Source of the DNA: Pseudomonadota bacterium
GTDB taxonomy: Bacteria; Bdellovibrionota_G; JALEGL01; DATDPG01
Direction of reading: 5' to 3'
DNA: 64,000 nt
Assembly: GCA_043809315.1 (NCBI GenBank)
Contig: JAZDDX010000017.1
Span: forward strand, 98,075-162,074
In this document: piece by piece, positions 1-9,725 of the stretch
Position numbering within the stretch: the stretch's first letter is position 1
Layout of the letters: every line of letters begins with the position of its first letter
Notes under the pieces: generated by a model
What the model was told of the DNA's origin: nothing
The model's input: only the letters and a program-made list of their open reading frames with translations
Database searches by the model: none
Made by a program: the position numbers and the translations under genes

Positions 1-358
1 GAATGACCTCGGGAATCTCCTCTTTCGAGTGGAGGACGAAGGTGACGTCGACCCCCCCCGCCCGAATGACCGTTTCGGCCGAGAACTCCCCGAAACAGAG
101 AACCTCTTCCGCATATCCGCTGTAGCGGAGCGAAAGCGCCTCCCCCACTTCGGCGACTCCCATTCCGACGGCGCCAAGGCGCGCACACTCTCTCGCGATC
201 GTCAGCGTGCCGTGGCCATACCCGTTCGCTTTGACGACCGGCAGGATCCGCGACCCTTTCGGAATCCGCGCCACGATCGCATCCCAATTCTGTTTGAGGG
301 CGCTCAAGTGAATGAGCGTGTGCGTGTCGCGGTGGTGCGCGCTGCGAAACACGGTCAT
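1..358 (-). CDS. alr: Alanine racemase, 5' part (runs off the window start)
   Basis: Not in the ORF track. Manual translation MTVFRSAHHRDTHTLIHLSALKQNW...LPVVKANGYGHG contains the PLP-lysine motif. Its ATG overlaps the kinase stop (ATGA). Confidence 0.93.
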   Translation of the reverse strand, partial: MTVFRSAHHRDTHTLIHLSALKQNWDAIVARIPKGSRILPVVKANGYGHGTLTIARECARLGAVGMGVAEVGEALSLRYSGYAEEVLCFGEFSAETVIRAGGVDVTFVLHSKEEIPEVI

Positions 359-2781
359 GGGATTTTCCCGATGATCTCTTGGATCTCCGCGATGCTCTGG
401 AACCGCTTCTCCGGCTCTTTCTGCATGCAACGGAGGATGATCTCGGAAAACACCTCCGGGACCTGGGAATCCCGGGCTCGCGGATCGGGAGCGGGGGTGT
501 GGAGATGGTGGTAGCCGAGATCCCCGCCGATGAAGGGGAGTTCCCCCAACAGCATTTCGTAGATGCAGATGCCGAGGGAGTAGATGTCGGTCCGGTGATC
601 GATCGGCTTGCCGAGCGTCTGTTCCGGCGACATGAACGACGGGGTGCCGCCGATGATCGACTGCTCGCTCATCAACTCGGTGATCATCTTGGCGAGCCCG
701 AAATCCATGATCTTCACGCTCTTCTGCTGCGTCCACATGATGTTGTTCGTCGTCAGATCCCGGTGAACCACGTTCTTGGAATGGGCGTACGCGAGAGCCG
801 AGAGGAGCTGCCGAAGAACCTCGAGAACGCTCGGGAGGGTGAGCCGTTTCTTGATGCGCAGGATCTCCTTGATCGTCCGTCCGTCGATGAATTCCATTGC
901 GATGTAGTACTGTCCGGCCTGCATTCCGGCGTCGTGCACGATGACGATGTTCGGGTGATTCAGCGCCGCCGCCGCCTTCCCCTCCCGCAGGAACGTCGCG
1001 ACCGCGCGTTCGTTCGTCTTCAGCGATTCCGGCAAGATCTTCAACGCCACGATCCGGTCGAGCGTCATGTCGCGTGCCGTGTAGACGATCCCCATCCCGC
1101 CGCGGCCGATCTCCTTCACCGGCACGTAGCGGGTCGCCTTGACGGAGGTCGATCCGGCCGATTCCGCTCGTGGGAACGCTGCAGTCCCGTCGGTGTCCGC
1201 TCCGGGGGAGGAGATCATCCGCGAATGAAGAGCGATCTTTTCCGTGAGCATTCGCCGGAGGTTCTCCGCTTTTCCGCGCGCTTCGTGCTCGATCCGATCC
1301 TGAACGAGTGCACGCTCCAGGACATCGAGCGCTTTCGACTCGGTCTGGGTCTGTTCCGAGACGACCGCAAGGTTGTAAACAGCGTCGACATCTTCGCTGG
1401 TCAATCTCTCCACCATGCTGACCGCCCGGTCGAGGTACTCTTTCGCCTTCACCGGGTCGCTCTTCAAAAGGAACTTCCCTTTCATCGAGAGAGCCTTGCG
1501 GAACTCCGGATCGTTCTCCCGCACTTTTTCCAGCCACTGCAGAGCGGTTTTCGAATCCCCCTGCCGTCCGAGGCACTCCGCGAGCGAGACGAAATCGCCG
1601 AGCTTCTCGAGAATCGCCGCCTCCCGCTCCGGCAGATTGGCTTTCCGGTAACAGGCGACCGCTTCGCGATAATCCCGGTCCTTTTCAAACGCGTTTCCCG
1701 CTTCTTCGAGCTGGCCAGCATCCCGGTACAGAGAGGCCGCGGAATGGAAATCCTCCCCCCGTTCGTACATCTGGGCCGCCTTGATCGGTTCGTGAAGCTC
1801 CAGATAAAGGTCGGCTGCCCGGGAAAACTCCTCCGCTTCCTGGAACTTGGCGATGGCGCCCTGCGATTCTCCCGCGACTACGAGCCGCTCTCCTTCGAGG
1901 CGTGCGGCGGTTCTCGGATCCCCCGATTTCTCCCAATACTTGGCCGCCTGACTCAGATCCCCCCCTGCTTGGGCCAACTCCCCCGCCTTCTTGAACTCCC
2001 CCGCACCCGCATAGCAGCGGGCCGCATCGGCAGGTCTCGAAAGTTCGGCGAAGAGAGCGGCGGCGCGTTTGAACTCCTTCACGCGTTCCATGTGGTTGGC
2101 GGCCTCGATCCCGATCTCCGCCGCCTCCGGCGATACGACCTCGCTCGCGATCCCGTCGAATCGGGCTTTCACATGATCGAACGCCTTCCCGTAGGCGTCA
2201 CACGATTCCCGGACTTTCTCCATTTTGACGAAGACCCGGGCCGCTTCGAGATATCTCTGAGATCTCAGGAAAGCCCTGGCCGCGAGCGGCAGCTCCCCGC
2301 GCGACAGATAAAGGTCTCCGGCCGCGTCGAGCTTCCCCATCTTTTCAAGACTTGCCTCGGCCCGGTCGTATTGTTTCCGTTCGATATAGAGCGAGGCGGC
2401 TTTCTCGAAATCGCCGGCCCGTTCGTACATGAGAGCCGCCTGATCGCTCTTTTTCTGTTTGAGGTAGACGTCGGCAGCGCGTCCGAACAGGTTCCCTTCT
2501 TGAAAGATGCGGCTTGCGTGATCCAGCTCCCCGGCCTCGAGGAGAAGCTCTCCGGCCTGGGCGTACTCGCCATCCCGTATGAGATCCTGGACTTGTCGAC
2601 GGGCGTAGATCGTTCCGAGGATCGGAATCATTTTCCGGAGGCCGAAGGCGAACCGGCTCATCACAAACCGGTACGTGGCGTAGCCAAGTGCCGCCAGAAC
2701 CAGAAAACGGACGGTCCGGTCCAGCGCGGGATTTGCCGCCAAGTAGTCGAACCCACGCTTCAAAAATTCAGGAGCGGCCAT
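355..2781 (-). CDS. Membrane-anchored TPR/SNAP-like repeat protein with C-terminal Hanks-type Ser/Thr kinase
   Basis: N-terminal hydrophobic helix, many AAxLY/F helical repeats, and kinase motifs GRGGMGIVY, VALK, HRDLTTNN, DFG, GTPSFMSPEQ. Start set at MAAPEF. Confidence 0.9.
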   Translation of the reverse strand: MAAPEFLKRGFDYLAANPALDRTVRFLVLAALGYATYRFVMSRFAFGLRKMIPILGTIYARRQVQDLIRDGEYAQAGELLLEAGELDHASRIFQEGNLFGRAADVYLKQKKSDQAALMYERAGDFEKAASLYIERKQYDRAEASLEKMGKLDAAGDLYLSRGELPLAARAFLRSQRYLEAARVFVKMEKVRESCDAYGKAFDHVKARFDGIASEVVSPEAAEIGIEAANHMERVKEFKRAAALFAELSRPADAARCYAGAGEFKKAGELAQAGGDLSQAAKYWEKSGDPRTAARLEGERLVVAGESQGAIAKFQEAEEFSRAADLYLELHEPIKAAQMYERGEDFHSAASLYRDAGQLEEAGNAFEKDRDYREAVACYRKANLPEREAAILEKLGDFVSLAECLGRQGDSKTALQWLEKVRENDPEFRKALSMKGKFLLKSDPVKAKEYLDRAVSMVERLTSEDVDAVYNLAVVSEQTQTESKALDVLERALVQDRIEHEARGKAENLRRMLTEKIALHSRMISSPGADTDGTAAFPRAESAGSTSVKATRYVPVKEIGRGGMGIVYTARDMTLDRIVALKILPESLKTNERAVATFLREGKAAAALNHPNIVIVHDAGMQAGQYYIAMEFIDGRTIKEILRIKKRLTLPSVLEVLRQLLSALAYAHSKNVVHRDLTTNNIMWTQQKSVKIMDFGLAKMITELMSEQSIIGGTPSFMSPEQTLGKPIDHRTDIYSLGICIYEMLLGELPFIGGDLGYHHLHTPAPDPRARDSQVPEVFSEIILRCMQKEPEKRFQSIAEIQEIIGKIP

Positions 2782-2819
2782 GATGGTGAACGGAACGACG
2801 CTAACCGGCGGCGCCGTTC

Positions 2820-2848
2820 TTGACAAGTCAGGATGCGACCCGTAAAGC
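2820..2848 (+). promoter_or_regulatory. Sigma-70-like promoter of ssb
   Basis: TTGACA-17 nt-TAAAGC. An overlapping divergent TTGTCA-17-TAGCGT on the minus strand faces the kinase gene. Confidence 0.55.
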
Positions 2849-2869
2849 CCCGAAGCGGAAGGAGTTCCC

Positions 2870-3295
2870 ATGGCCGGCAGCGTAAATAAAGTCATTTTGA
2901 TCGGGCATCTCGGGGCCGATCCCGAAATCCGCTACACCCAGGGGGGATCGCCGGTGGCGAACTTGCGTCTGGCGACCAACGAGAGCTGGACGAACAAGAA
3001 CGGCCAGAAAGAGGAACGGACCGAGTGGCACCGCGTCGTGGTCTGGTCCAAGCTGGCCGAGCTCGCCGGGCAGTATCTCACGAAGGGGCGCCAGGTCTAC
3101 GTGGAAGGACGTTTGCAGACCCGTAGCTGGGACGACAAGGACGGGACCAAGCGGTACTCGACCGAGGTTGTTGCGACGAACCTCCAATTTTTGGGGGGCC
3201 CGGGGGATCGAAAGACCGAGTCAGCGAACCTTCCGCCCGACCTGCCTCCACCGCCCGAGAACCTCGGCGGGTCCGACGAGGACATCCCGTTCTAG
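2870..3295 (+). CDS. ssb: Single-stranded DNA-binding protein
   Basis: [17 protein letters not shown]-terminus, EWHRVV, acidic C-terminal DEDIPF; GGAG RBS. Confidence 0.98.
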   Translation: MAGSVNKVILIGHLGADPEIRYTQGGSPVANLRLATNESWTNKNGQKEERTEWHRVVVWSKLAELAGQYLTKGRQVYVEGRLQTRSWDDKDGTKRYSTEVVATNLQFLGGPGDRKTESANLPPDLPPPPENLGGSDEDIPF

Positions 3296-3296
3296 A

Positions 3297-3701
3297 TCAG
3301 TTGCGTCGGGCCGGAAGGTCGCGCGTCTCTATGAGAAACCAGTCTTTCTTTGCCGAATCCCACTGCCAGAGCTGCATCTCCTGGCGGTAGGAAAGGCTCT
3401 GGTCGCTGATCCCGTAATAGCTGAACTCGACGAGCACGGACCCCTTTCTTTTCTCGGGGTCGATCGCGATGTCGGCGATCGAGAAGTCGAACACCCGCCT
3501 GCGGTCGATCTCCCGGCCCATCTTTTCCAGAAGCGTTTTCCGATTCTCGTCGGAGATGAAATGTCCCGCTGCGGCCAGGTTCCCCCACCGGACGGTTTTG
3601 TTGTAGCGGTCGGTCCGGTCGGTCAACATTTCGATACGTCCGGGTCCGCAGCCGAGCGAGAGACAGAGGAGCAGGCCCCCGAGAGGAGTGAATAAACGCA
3701 T
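3297..3701 (-). CDS. Hypothetical lipoprotein
   Basis: Signal peptide with lipobox LSLGC; 134 aa ORF in tandem with upstream genes. Confidence 0.75.
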   Translation of the reverse strand: MRLFTPLGGLLLCLSLGCGPGRIEMLTDRTDRYNKTVRWGNLAAAGHFISDENRKTLLEKMGREIDRRRVFDFSIADIAIDPEKRKGSVLVEFSYYGISDQSLSYRQEMQLWQWDSAKKDWFLIETRDLPARRN

Positions 3702-3710
3702 GAACGGATA

Positions 3711-4415
3711 CTACCCCTTACAGGGGTTGAGGGAGGCGAAAAAGTTTTCGAACGAACTCTGGCGGGCGATGTTGTTCCGCTGATATCCCGGGGATTTCGC
3801 ATTCCCGCAGTCCCCGCTGGGGCAGGGGCCGTACCTGCTTTCGTCCGTCGAAGGGGTCGAAGAATCTGCGTCTTTTCCCGCGCACGTTTCGACGGGTCCG
3901 ACGATCGATTGAAGTTGGGAGCCGGTTAATCCGAGGCTCGGGGCGAAGAAGGAAAGGACGTCTTTCACGAAGAGGTTCAAAAACTCCATCGTGAAGAGCC
4001 CGCCGCCACCGGTGAAGAACTTGATGAGATCGACGCCGGCCTTGGTGATCGCTCCCGTGGGGGTCATCCGGGTGGTCGATGTGATCGCTGATTGGCGGTT
4101 GTTAGCATTCGAGCGGCGGATACGATTCTTGGTTCCCTTGTTTTTGTCGGCGAGATCTTGATCAATTGCCTGTTTTCCTTTCTTCGTGTTCTGCACGGTC
4201 TCCCGTGCGCGGGTTCCGTGGTCGACTCCCCGGTTGACCTCTTTCTTGTCGTAGGTCAGATCCTGCCCCGGCTTCGTGAAGGCGGCGAACGCCGGAGGGC
4301 TTACGAAGATCGATACGGCAAGCAGGAGAGCAAACGTCATCCCCCCCAAAGAGAGCAACATGTATGCCAAGCTTTCCGGAAGCCTCAGGGATAACCCGTG
4401 ATCATCCTTGAACAT
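3711..4415 (-). CDS. Hypothetical exported or membrane-anchored protein
   Basis: Start MFKDD after a GGAGG-like RBS; hydrophobic segment ending in AFA; C-terminal cysteines. Confidence 0.65.
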   Translation of the reverse strand: MFKDDHGLSLRLPESLAYMLLSLGGMTFALLLAVSIFVSPPAFAAFTKPGQDLTYDKKEVNRGVDHGTRARETVQNTKKGKQAIDQDLADKNKGTKNRIRRSNANNRQSAITSTTRMTPTGAITKAGVDLIKFFTGGGGLFTMEFLNLFVKDVLSFFAPSLGLTGSQLQSIVGPVETCAGKDADSSTPSTDESRYGPCPSGDCGNAKSPGYQRNNIARQSSFENFFASLNPCKG

Positions 4416-5727
4416 TTTTGTCCCCCCCTCCGGGTCGGTTCCCGGCCTTTGGGTCCGGTTGAGCCGTTTCTCGGCATTCCGTGAGGAGTTGTCGCGCATC
4501 GGCGAAGGCCGGGTTGATCTCGAGGGTTCGTTCAAAGGCGGTTGCGGCGGCCGCGAACTCCCGACTTTCGAAAAGCGCTCGCCCCCGCTCGAAGTGAACG
4601 TCGGCGTAAGAAGGGTGCTGTTCCGCTGCGATCGTCAGTTCGCGAGCGGCGGCCACCGGCTCTCCGGCATCCATCAGAAGCCTTCCGAGATCGAGACGCG
4701 CCTCGGTATAGTTCCCGTTCAGGCGAAGAGCTTCCTCCAGGCTCTTCCGCGCTTCGCTCGGCCTCTCCGTCGCTTTCTGGAGTTGCGCGAGTTGGTAGTG
4801 CAGATCCGGATATCCTGGATTCTCCTTCACCAGCTTTTCCAGATCGCGGGTCGCCTGTTCCAGGCTTCCGGTCCGGATGAGGGCGCTGACGGCATCCCGA
4901 TCGTCGGGACGGATCTCCGTTGCCCCGATCGACTCGGTGCTTCCGCGCTTCCCAAGTGAACGCACGAGGCCGATCCCGGTGCCGGCCAGGACGAGGAGGA
5001 ACAGAGCGAAGCCGATCCAGACCCAACCGGCGTCCCGCAGGTATCCGGACACGAACCGGATCACCCGGTCCCGTAACGGCAGGGCGGGGGAGGGGACACG
5101 TTCCAAGAGCACAGAGGCCGATGAACGGGAAACTGCCGGCAGGTCGGGCCCGCTCCCCGGTTCGAACTTCGTGAGCTTGTACTCCGTCAGGTGTTCGCGA
5201 ATCCAAATCGGCCCGATCCCTTCGGCCATCCAGATTTCACCAAGCGGGTCCTGTCCCCCCGGGGGCATGTAGGCGATCCGCCAGGCGTGATCAAATTTTC
5301 CAGCCGGGAGATCGACCGGATCGGTCCCCTCGACGAAGAAGTCGAGATCGGCGCCGCTCCAACGAACTCCTTCGCGGAGGGGCCAGGTGAAGAAGACGAG
5401 AGGATGTTCGCAGTCGACCTGCTGCGCGACCGGGTCGATGAGACCGCACTCGATCCACTGGGTTTCGGTCCGGATCACAAGGCGGTCGCGGCCGTCGGTG
5501 CGGCGGAGAACCGCGGCGGGGAGCACGGTCGACCCGAGTTTGAGTTGGGTGAACCCCTCGACGAGCGCGATCCGCGTCGCTCCCGTCTCGGTGACGTAGG
5601 TCCAGCGCGTTCCTTTTTTCAGCGGGTAGGGAGTTTCGGATTTTGGTTCAGCGAGAGCCGGCGGAGACAGGACAAGAAGAGACAAAAGAATCGTCTGGAA
5701 CCAAGCCGTCGCGGCCGGAACGGGCAC
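4402..5727 (-). CDS. Signal peptide, extracytoplasmic beta-rich domain, TM helix and cytoplasmic TPR repeats
   Basis: ALA signal cleavage, YPLKKGTRWTY domain, TM helix WVWIGFALFLLVLAG, TPR repeats NPGYPDLHYQLA and HPSYADVHFERG. Confidence 0.8.
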   Translation of the reverse strand: MPVPAATAWFQTILLSLLVLSPPALAEPKSETPYPLKKGTRWTYVTETGATRIALVEGFTQLKLGSTVLPAAVLRRTDGRDRLVIRTETQWIECGLIDPVAQQVDCEHPLVFFTWPLREGVRWSGADLDFFVEGTDPVDLPAGKFDHAWRIAYMPPGGQDPLGEIWMAEGIGPIWIREHLTEYKLTKFEPGSGPDLPAVSRSSASVLLERVPSPALPLRDRVIRFVSGYLRDAGWVWIGFALFLLVLAGTGIGLVRSLGKRGSTESIGATEIRPDDRDAVSALIRTGSLEQATRDLEKLVKENPGYPDLHYQLAQLQKATERPSEARKSLEEALRLNGNYTEARLDLGRLLMDAGEPVAAARELTIAAEQHPSYADVHFERGRALFESREFAAAATAFERTLEINPAFADARQLLTECRETAQPDPKAGNRPGGGDKNVQG

Positions 5728-5739
5728 GGCAGGAGAGTA

Positions 5740-6909
5740 TCACGTGGTGGTGCCGATTTGAATCCAGAGAACGTTGTCGACGTCTTTGGGGAAGTCCGAT
5801 TTCTGCTTGAAATTCTTCAGCTGATTACCCTGTTTTGCAGACTGCGCTGCCTGCTTTTTCTTGGCTTTGTCCGCTTTTGAGCTCTTCGTTTCATCCGCTT
5901 TGGTCTCGTCGGTTTTTGTCTCGTCCGTCATCGTTTCTTCGGTGGAGACAGTCGTGCCCTCTGGAGTAAAGGAAACGCGCCCAACTTCCCCCTTGGACGG
6001 AACACCGACTTGGAGAACGTAACGGTGCTCGGTGTCGGTCACCCCTCCGTCAAAAGCGTAGAGGTTGAAATTGGCCGTGATGTACTTCGTGTCAGGGTCT
6101 GGCGTCATGTCTTCGAGTAAGTAGATCCGTCCCCCCTGGATGTTGATGCCGTTGTTTCCACAGGGGGAGGAGGAATTATCTTTTGAACCGGTCTGCTCCT
6201 TGCTGCTGGAGCAAAGGTGGGTCCCTTGAACGATCTCGCGCGGATTCGCGTGATCGGAAACCTCGACGAGGACGGCTTCCTCGGGAGTGACCGTTTTTTT
6301 GTCCTTGGTGTTCGAGATGTTGGTCGAAGTGATCTGAAGGTCGTCTTCACCGGTGGCGAACCCGAACTCGTCCCGGTTCTTGACCTGGAACGTCACGCTC
6401 TTTCCCATGACCAGCGCCGAATCGGCACCGTCGGCCGCCATGTCCTTCACGTCGAAGCAGTACCGCTCCCCCGGAATAAGGGGCGGGTCGTCGGAGGTTT
6501 CCGAGTACGGGATGAAGTAGACGTCGGTCTTTCTCTTTTGTGAGCCGTCTTTCGCTTTAGCGTAGTTGAAACTTTCGGTCAGATACCCGTTGATCCCGAC
6601 GCGGGTCTCCTGCTTCTGGGTGCTGGCCGCCGAAGTTCCGCTTCCGGTCGGTGTCGCCGAACCGGCTGGAACCGGCGTATTCGCCTGCACGCAGTTCGAG
6701 AGTTGGAAGTTCCCCTTCTTCTCGATCGTCTTCTTGGAGATCCAGTTGTCGCCGATGAAGACCGTGTGGATGATTACGTTTGGCGGAACGTCGTCGCGGT
6801 CGGCGATGTCCTGGATGTCGGCTTGAAACGGCTTCCGGCAACCGACAAAATTCAGGGTTGCGAGAAGGAGAATCGCCGAAAGAAGCTGTCTGGGCACAGA
6901 CCGGGGCAT
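5740..6909 (-). CDS. Hypothetical lipoprotein
   Basis: Lipobox FVGC after a hydrophobic stretch; Thr/Lys/Glu-rich low-complexity segment near the C-terminus. Confidence 0.75.
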   Translation of the reverse strand: MPRSVPRQLLSAILLLATLNFVGCRKPFQADIQDIADRDDVPPNVIIHTVFIGDNWISKKTIEKKGNFQLSNCVQANTPVPAGSATPTGSGTSAASTQKQETRVGINGYLTESFNYAKAKDGSQKRKTDVYFIPYSETSDDPPLIPGERYCFDVKDMAADGADSALVMGKSVTFQVKNRDEFGFATGEDDLQITSTNISNTKDKKTVTPEEAVLVEVSDHANPREIVQGTHLCSSSKEQTGSKDNSSSPCGNNGINIQGGRIYLLEDMTPDPDTKYITANFNLYAFDGGVTDTEHRYVLQVGVPSKGEVGRVSFTPEGTTVSTEETMTDETKTDETKADETKSSKADKAKKKQAAQSAKQGNQLKNFKQKSDFPKDVDNVLWIQIGTTT

Positions 6910-6926
6910 CGTTCCTAAATAGGATC

Positions 6927-6941
6927 GCAAGGTCCATGCCG
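6927..6941 (-). promoter_or_regulatory. Putative sigma-54 (-24/-12) promoter
   Basis: Minus-strand CGGCATGGACCTTGC (GG-N10-GC) with an AT-rich tract upstream. Confidence 0.55.
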
Positions 6942-7022
6942 GACCAAAATGTTATTATATTAGTATGTTGTATGCATGCTGGGGTGCTCAAAAGGGGACA
7001 GGATCGTCCCAGCTGTGCAAAA

Positions 7023-7253
7023 TTATTCCACGATCTCCAGAACGTACCGCTTGTTTTGCTTTCCGCCGGAGGCGTCGAGAATCGTCCGGATGGCGTTCGC
7101 GTTCGCCCCCTTCTTTCCGATCACCTTCCCGATATCTTCCTTCGCGACCCGAAGTTTCATCACGCAAGTGTAAGTTCCTTGCGACTCCTCAACCTGGACC
7201 TCTTCCGGCTTATCGACGAGCGCTTTCGCAATCATCTCCACGAGTTCCTTCAT
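7023..7253 (-). CDS. khpA: KH-domain RNA-binding protein KhpA
   Basis: [19 protein letters not shown]...[10 protein letters not shown] (GxxG loop); 76 aa. Confidence 0.93.
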   Translation of the reverse strand: MKELVEMIAKALVDKPEEVQVEESQGTYTCVMKLRVAKEDIGKVIGKKGANANAIRTILDASGGKQNKRYVLEIVE

Positions 7254-7330
7254 TGCCGCACCCATCCTCCCACACGGTTCCCGCTCTTAAGACACAAGAG
7301 TTTGATTTTAGTAGCTTTTTCGTCCAACGA

Positions 7331-7399
7331 ATTCTAGCATTCGCTCGTTCGGCGTGGCAAGAAATGCGGTATTGACAAGTTGTCGCGTCGCGTTATATT
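7331..7399. promoter_or_regulatory. Divergent sigma-70-like promoters (khpA and response regulator)
   Basis: Minus strand: TTGCCA-18-TAGAAT with TG extension (7360-7331). Plus strand: TTGACA-16-TATATT (7372-7399). Confidence 0.6.
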
Positions 7400-7421
7400 C
7401 TTCGCGCGGAGGCACTCTGAG

Positions 7422-8840
7422 GTGAACCGAATTCTGATCGTCGACGATGACCCGGAACTCCGGCACTCGCTCCGGGCGGCGTTCGTCGACCTGTACCAGG
7501 TCGATGAGGCCGAAGACGGGAAAAGCGCCGTCGAATGGGTCGACAAGTACGGTTCCCCGAACCTCGTCATCCTCGACATGGACATGCCCCGAATGGGGGG
7601 GATGGAAGCGCTCCGCCAAATCAAACGAAAAGACCCGCGCATCATCATTCTGATCCTGACCGCGTACTCCACCGTTCCGGACGCCGTCGCGGCGATTCGC
7701 GAGGGGGCTTACAACTACCTTTCCAAACCGATCCGTCACGACGACATCCGCCACATGGTCGATCGCGCCCTCAAGGCGCACGAAATGGTGGCGCAGGTCG
7801 CGTACTCCGCCCCGATCTTCAAAGGGGAAATCGGAATTCGCCTCTCGAGCCAGAGCGACGAGATGCGGAAAATCGTGAGCCTGATCGAGAAGGTGGCGAC
7901 GGTCGATACCGCCATTCTCTTCCGCGGTGAGAGCGGGACCGGGAAAGAGGTCCTGGCGCAGGCGATTCACTACAACTCCCTGCGAAAAGACGGGAAATTT
8001 GTCGCGGTCAACTGCAGCGCGATCCCGGAGAACCTGATCGAGAGCGAGCTGTTCGGTCACGAGAAGGGGTCCTTTACCGGCGCCGACCAGCGGAAGATCG
8101 GGAAGTTTCAGTACGCCGAAGGGGGAACGCTGTTCCTGGATGAGATCGGGGACATCTCTCCGGCGATGCAAGTGAAGTTACTCCGTGTGTTGCAGGAGAA
8201 GGTCTTCTCCCCGGTCGGATCGAACCTCGAAGTCCAGACGAACGTCCGGATCATGGCCGCCACGAACCGGAACCTCGAGGATCTGATGGCCAAGGGGATC
8301 TTCCGCGAAGACCTCTACTATCGCCTGAACGTCCTCCCGATCTTCCTTCCGCCGCTCCGCGACCGGAAGGAGGACATCGAGATCCTGATTCAGCACTTCA
8401 TCCGGAAGTTCAATGCCGCCCACAAGAAGACGATCCAGGGGATCGATACGTCGGCGCTGGCCCGAATGAAAGAGTATCAGTGGCCGGGGAACATCCGCGA
8501 ACTGGGAAACGTGATCGAGCATGCTTTCATCATGGAGAGCGGAACGGTTGTGACCGAACTCGCGCTCCCCGAACGGTTGCGCCCGGTCGATGTGGCGCGC
8601 CCGGCGGCCTCGCAGGCGGAGACGAGTTCTCCCGCTGCGCCCTCCGCCGAGCCGCACGCCGAGGGAGAGCTCGATTTCCAGGTCTACAAAGAAAAACTGG
8701 AGAAGGAGTTCATCGTCCGGGCGCTTCAAAAATTCAACGGCCGGATCAACCTGACCAGCGCGCAGACGAACATCCCGAAAAAGACGCTGCTTCGGAAGAT
8801 CGAGAAGTACAAGATCAAGACGGAAGATTTTCGGAAATAA
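7422..8840 (+). CDS. Sigma-54-dependent response regulator (NtrC family: REC-AAA+-HTH)
   Basis: RILIVDDD, LDMDMP, Walker A GESGTGKE, ESELFGHEKGSFTGA, FLDEIGD, WPGNIREL. No adjacent histidine kinase. Confidence 0.95.
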   Translation: MNRILIVDDDPELRHSLRAAFVDLYQVDEAEDGKSAVEWVDKYGSPNLVILDMDMPRMGGMEALRQIKRKDPRIIILILTAYSTVPDAVAAIREGAYNYLSKPIRHDDIRHMVDRALKAHEMVAQVAYSAPIFKGEIGIRLSSQSDEMRKIVSLIEKVATVDTAILFRGESGTGKEVLAQAIHYNSLRKDGKFVAVNCSAIPENLIESELFGHEKGSFTGADQRKIGKFQYAEGGTLFLDEIGDISPAMQVKLLRVLQEKVFSPVGSNLEVQTNVRIMAATNRNLEDLMAKGIFREDLYYRLNVLPIFLPPLRDRKEDIEILIQHFIRKFNAAHKKTIQGIDTSALARMKEYQWPGNIRELGNVIEHAFIMESGTVVTELALPERLRPVDVARPAASQAETSSPAAPSAEPHAEGELDFQVYKEKLEKEFIVRALQKFNGRINLTSAQTNIPKKTLLRKIEKYKIKTEDFRK

Positions 8841-8864
8841 CCCCGGAGCGGTTATAAGGGGCCG

Positions 8865-9722
8865 ATGTTCGGTTCCCGAGTCATAGCCGCCTGGCGCGGC
8901 CGTCTACGACAGCTACTGAGTCGCTCGGAAGAGATTCCCCACGACGATCTCGAGAAACTCCTCTACGAAGCCGATTTCGGTGCCCCGATCGTCGAACGTT
9001 TGATCGATGCGGTTGAGCGATCGAAAGTCCGGGATCCTGACGGGGTTCTGCGTCTCCTCCGTGAAACGACCGTATCGATTCTCCGCGAGATACCGGGAGA
9101 GGTAAAAATACTCCCGATCCCCGGTTCAATCCTCCTGGTCGGTGTGAACGGCGTCGGCAAGACGACGGTTGCCGCGCGCCTCGCCCGCCGCTATCTCGAC
9201 GAGGGGAAGAAAGTCGTTCTCGCAGCGGCCGACACGTTCCGTGCTGGGGCGATCGAACAGCTCAAGATCTGGGGAGGACGGATCGGAGCCGAAGTTGTGG
9301 CCCAAGGTTCAGGGGCCGATCCGGCGGCAGTCGTTTTTGACGCTTGGCAGAGGGCGGTCGCATTGGGAGGGGTGATGGTGGCCGATACCGCGGGGCGAAT
9401 GCACACCAAGGCGCCGCTCCTGGAAGAGCTGAAGAAGATCGTCAAAGTTCTCGGGAAGGACGGGCGGGGAGCACCGCACGAGATCTATCTGATCCTTGAC
9501 GGGACCACCGGGCAGAACGCGATCTCGCAGGCGAAGGAGTTTCTCGCGGCGGTTCCGGTGACTGGACTCGTCGTGACCAAGCTGGACGGCAGTGCGAAAG
9601 GGGGAGCGACCGTTGCCAGTTCTCTGGCGTTGTCGGTTCCGATTCGTTACGTTGGGGTCGGGGAACAGGCGGGGGATCTCGTCCCGTTCGATCCCGTGAA
9701 TTTTTCGGAAGAACTGTTTTAG
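8865..9722 (+). CDS. ftsY: Signal recognition particle receptor FtsY (NG domain only)
   Basis: GVNGVGKTT, DTFRAGA, DTAGR, TKLDGSAKGG. Confidence 0.96.
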   Translation: MFGSRVIAAWRGRLRQLLSRSEEIPHDDLEKLLYEADFGAPIVERLIDAVERSKVRDPDGVLRLLRETTVSILREIPGEVKILPIPGSILLVGVNGVGKTTVAARLARRYLDEGKKVVLAAADTFRAGAIEQLKIWGGRIGAEVVAQGSGADPAAVVFDAWQRAVALGGVMVADTAGRMHTKAPLLEELKKIVKVLGKDGRGAPHEIYLILDGTTGQNAISQAKEFLAAVPVTGLVVTKLDGSAKGGATVASSLALSVPIRYVGVGEQAGDLVPFDPVNFSEELF

Positions 9723-9725
9723 AAG

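Noticed and set aside
379-2823. 814-aa plus-strand ORF, and similar long antisense ORFs (25350-26333, 29735-30847, 47405-49714, 58236-59213)
   Set aside because: Shadow ORFs opposite well-supported genes; expected from GC-rich codon bias and lacking recognisable motifs.
4350-4415. MFKDDHG followed by a hydrophobic helix resembles a Flp/TadE prepilin leader
   Set aside because: Glu is at +7 rather than +5 after the Gly and there is no EY motif; not supportable as a pilin.
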